From Candidatus Eiseniibacteriota bacterium (lineage in GTDB: Bacteria; Eisenbacteria; RBG-16-71-46; CAVPCR01): DNA of 64,000 nucleotides. Positions 63,721 through 64,000 of this stretch are shown in pieces. The translations under genes were made by a program, and so were the position numbers. Within the stretch, counting starts at the first letter, position 1. Every line of letters begins with the position of its first letter. The notes below the pieces were generated by a model, which saw nothing but the letters and a program-made list of their open reading frames with translations, did not search any database and had not been told where the DNA came from. The stretch is from positions 1,056,001 to 1,120,000 of the forward strand of contig CAWGMA010000001.1 in assembly GCA_963823555.1 (NCBI GenBank), in the 5' to 3' direction.

Positions 63721-63999
63721 CTAGATCTGGAGCAGTTCTCGCACGGGGGCGAATGGGAATTGCCTGAGGAGGCGCTCGAGCTTGGGCTCCACAGTGCCCA
63801 GACCATGGTAGTGCAGCACTCGCTCCTTGAGCGGCAGGTCGAGGCGTGGCTTCTCGCGGTCGAACTCCGGAGGATGGACGTAGATGACCGCCGGTTGTCC
63901 CTGGCGGTTGAGCCGCTCGATCCCCCAGGCCAGAAAGGAGGCGGGAAACAGCCGCATGTAGAATCCGCCGCCGATCGGGATCCGGCGGCCGCCGACGGC
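63721..63999 (-). CDS. C-terminus of a polysaccharide deacetylase (DUF3473 / XrtA-locus type), truncated by window
   Basis: IPIGGGFYMRLFP ... IYVHPPEFD...PR....ER..HY.GL.....KLERLL..F.F. Confidence 0.8.
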   Translation of the reverse strand, partial: AVGGRRIPIGGGFYMRLFPASFLAWGIERLNRQGQPAVIYVHPPEFDREKPRLDLPLKERVLHYHGLGTVEPKLERLLRQFPFAPVRELLQI

Positions 64000-64000
64000 G

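Overview
A 64 kb window from a high-GC diderm bacterium. The LpxC-FabZ fusion, FlgD/T9SS-like C-terminal domains and a C-terminal 'STWGRIK' tail point to an FCB-related candidate lineage such as Eisenbacteria or Krumholzibacteria (inference). About 0.5-6 kb is an accessory islet, partly lower in GC. It holds a 16-Cys secreted protein, a beta-helix protein, an apparently internally deleted CTD-bearing gene and an FAD oxidase. From 6.2 to 59 kb runs one co-oriented, tightly coupled cell-envelope supercluster: lysS-lolCE-lolD-mcsA-mcsB-clpC-bamA-skp-lpxD-lpxC/fabZ-lpxA-(gnnA-like)-lpxB-waaA-lpxK-nadB-amrB-Minf_1886-msbA-GT9, then a ~27 kb glycosylation block. That block has a DUF2723+TPR GT-C, a YfhO GT-C, two polyprenol-P-sugar synthases, Wzx, a Wzy-like protein, AsnB, a Fem-like GNAT, a CapD-like dehydratase, many GT2/GT4 enzymes and a PorZ-like propeller. 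A large convergent SGNH/FN3/CTD secreted protein and a partial polysaccharide deacetylase end the window. Many single-base frameshifts, including in essential genes, look like long-read assembly errors. No rRNA, tRNA, CRISPR array or intact mobile element was seen. The most interesting hypothesis is a T9SS-like cargo glycosylation and anchoring locus outside Bacteroidota, which also carries a TMEM260-like protein O-mannosylation module. All family calls come from motif recognition by eye; no searches were run.
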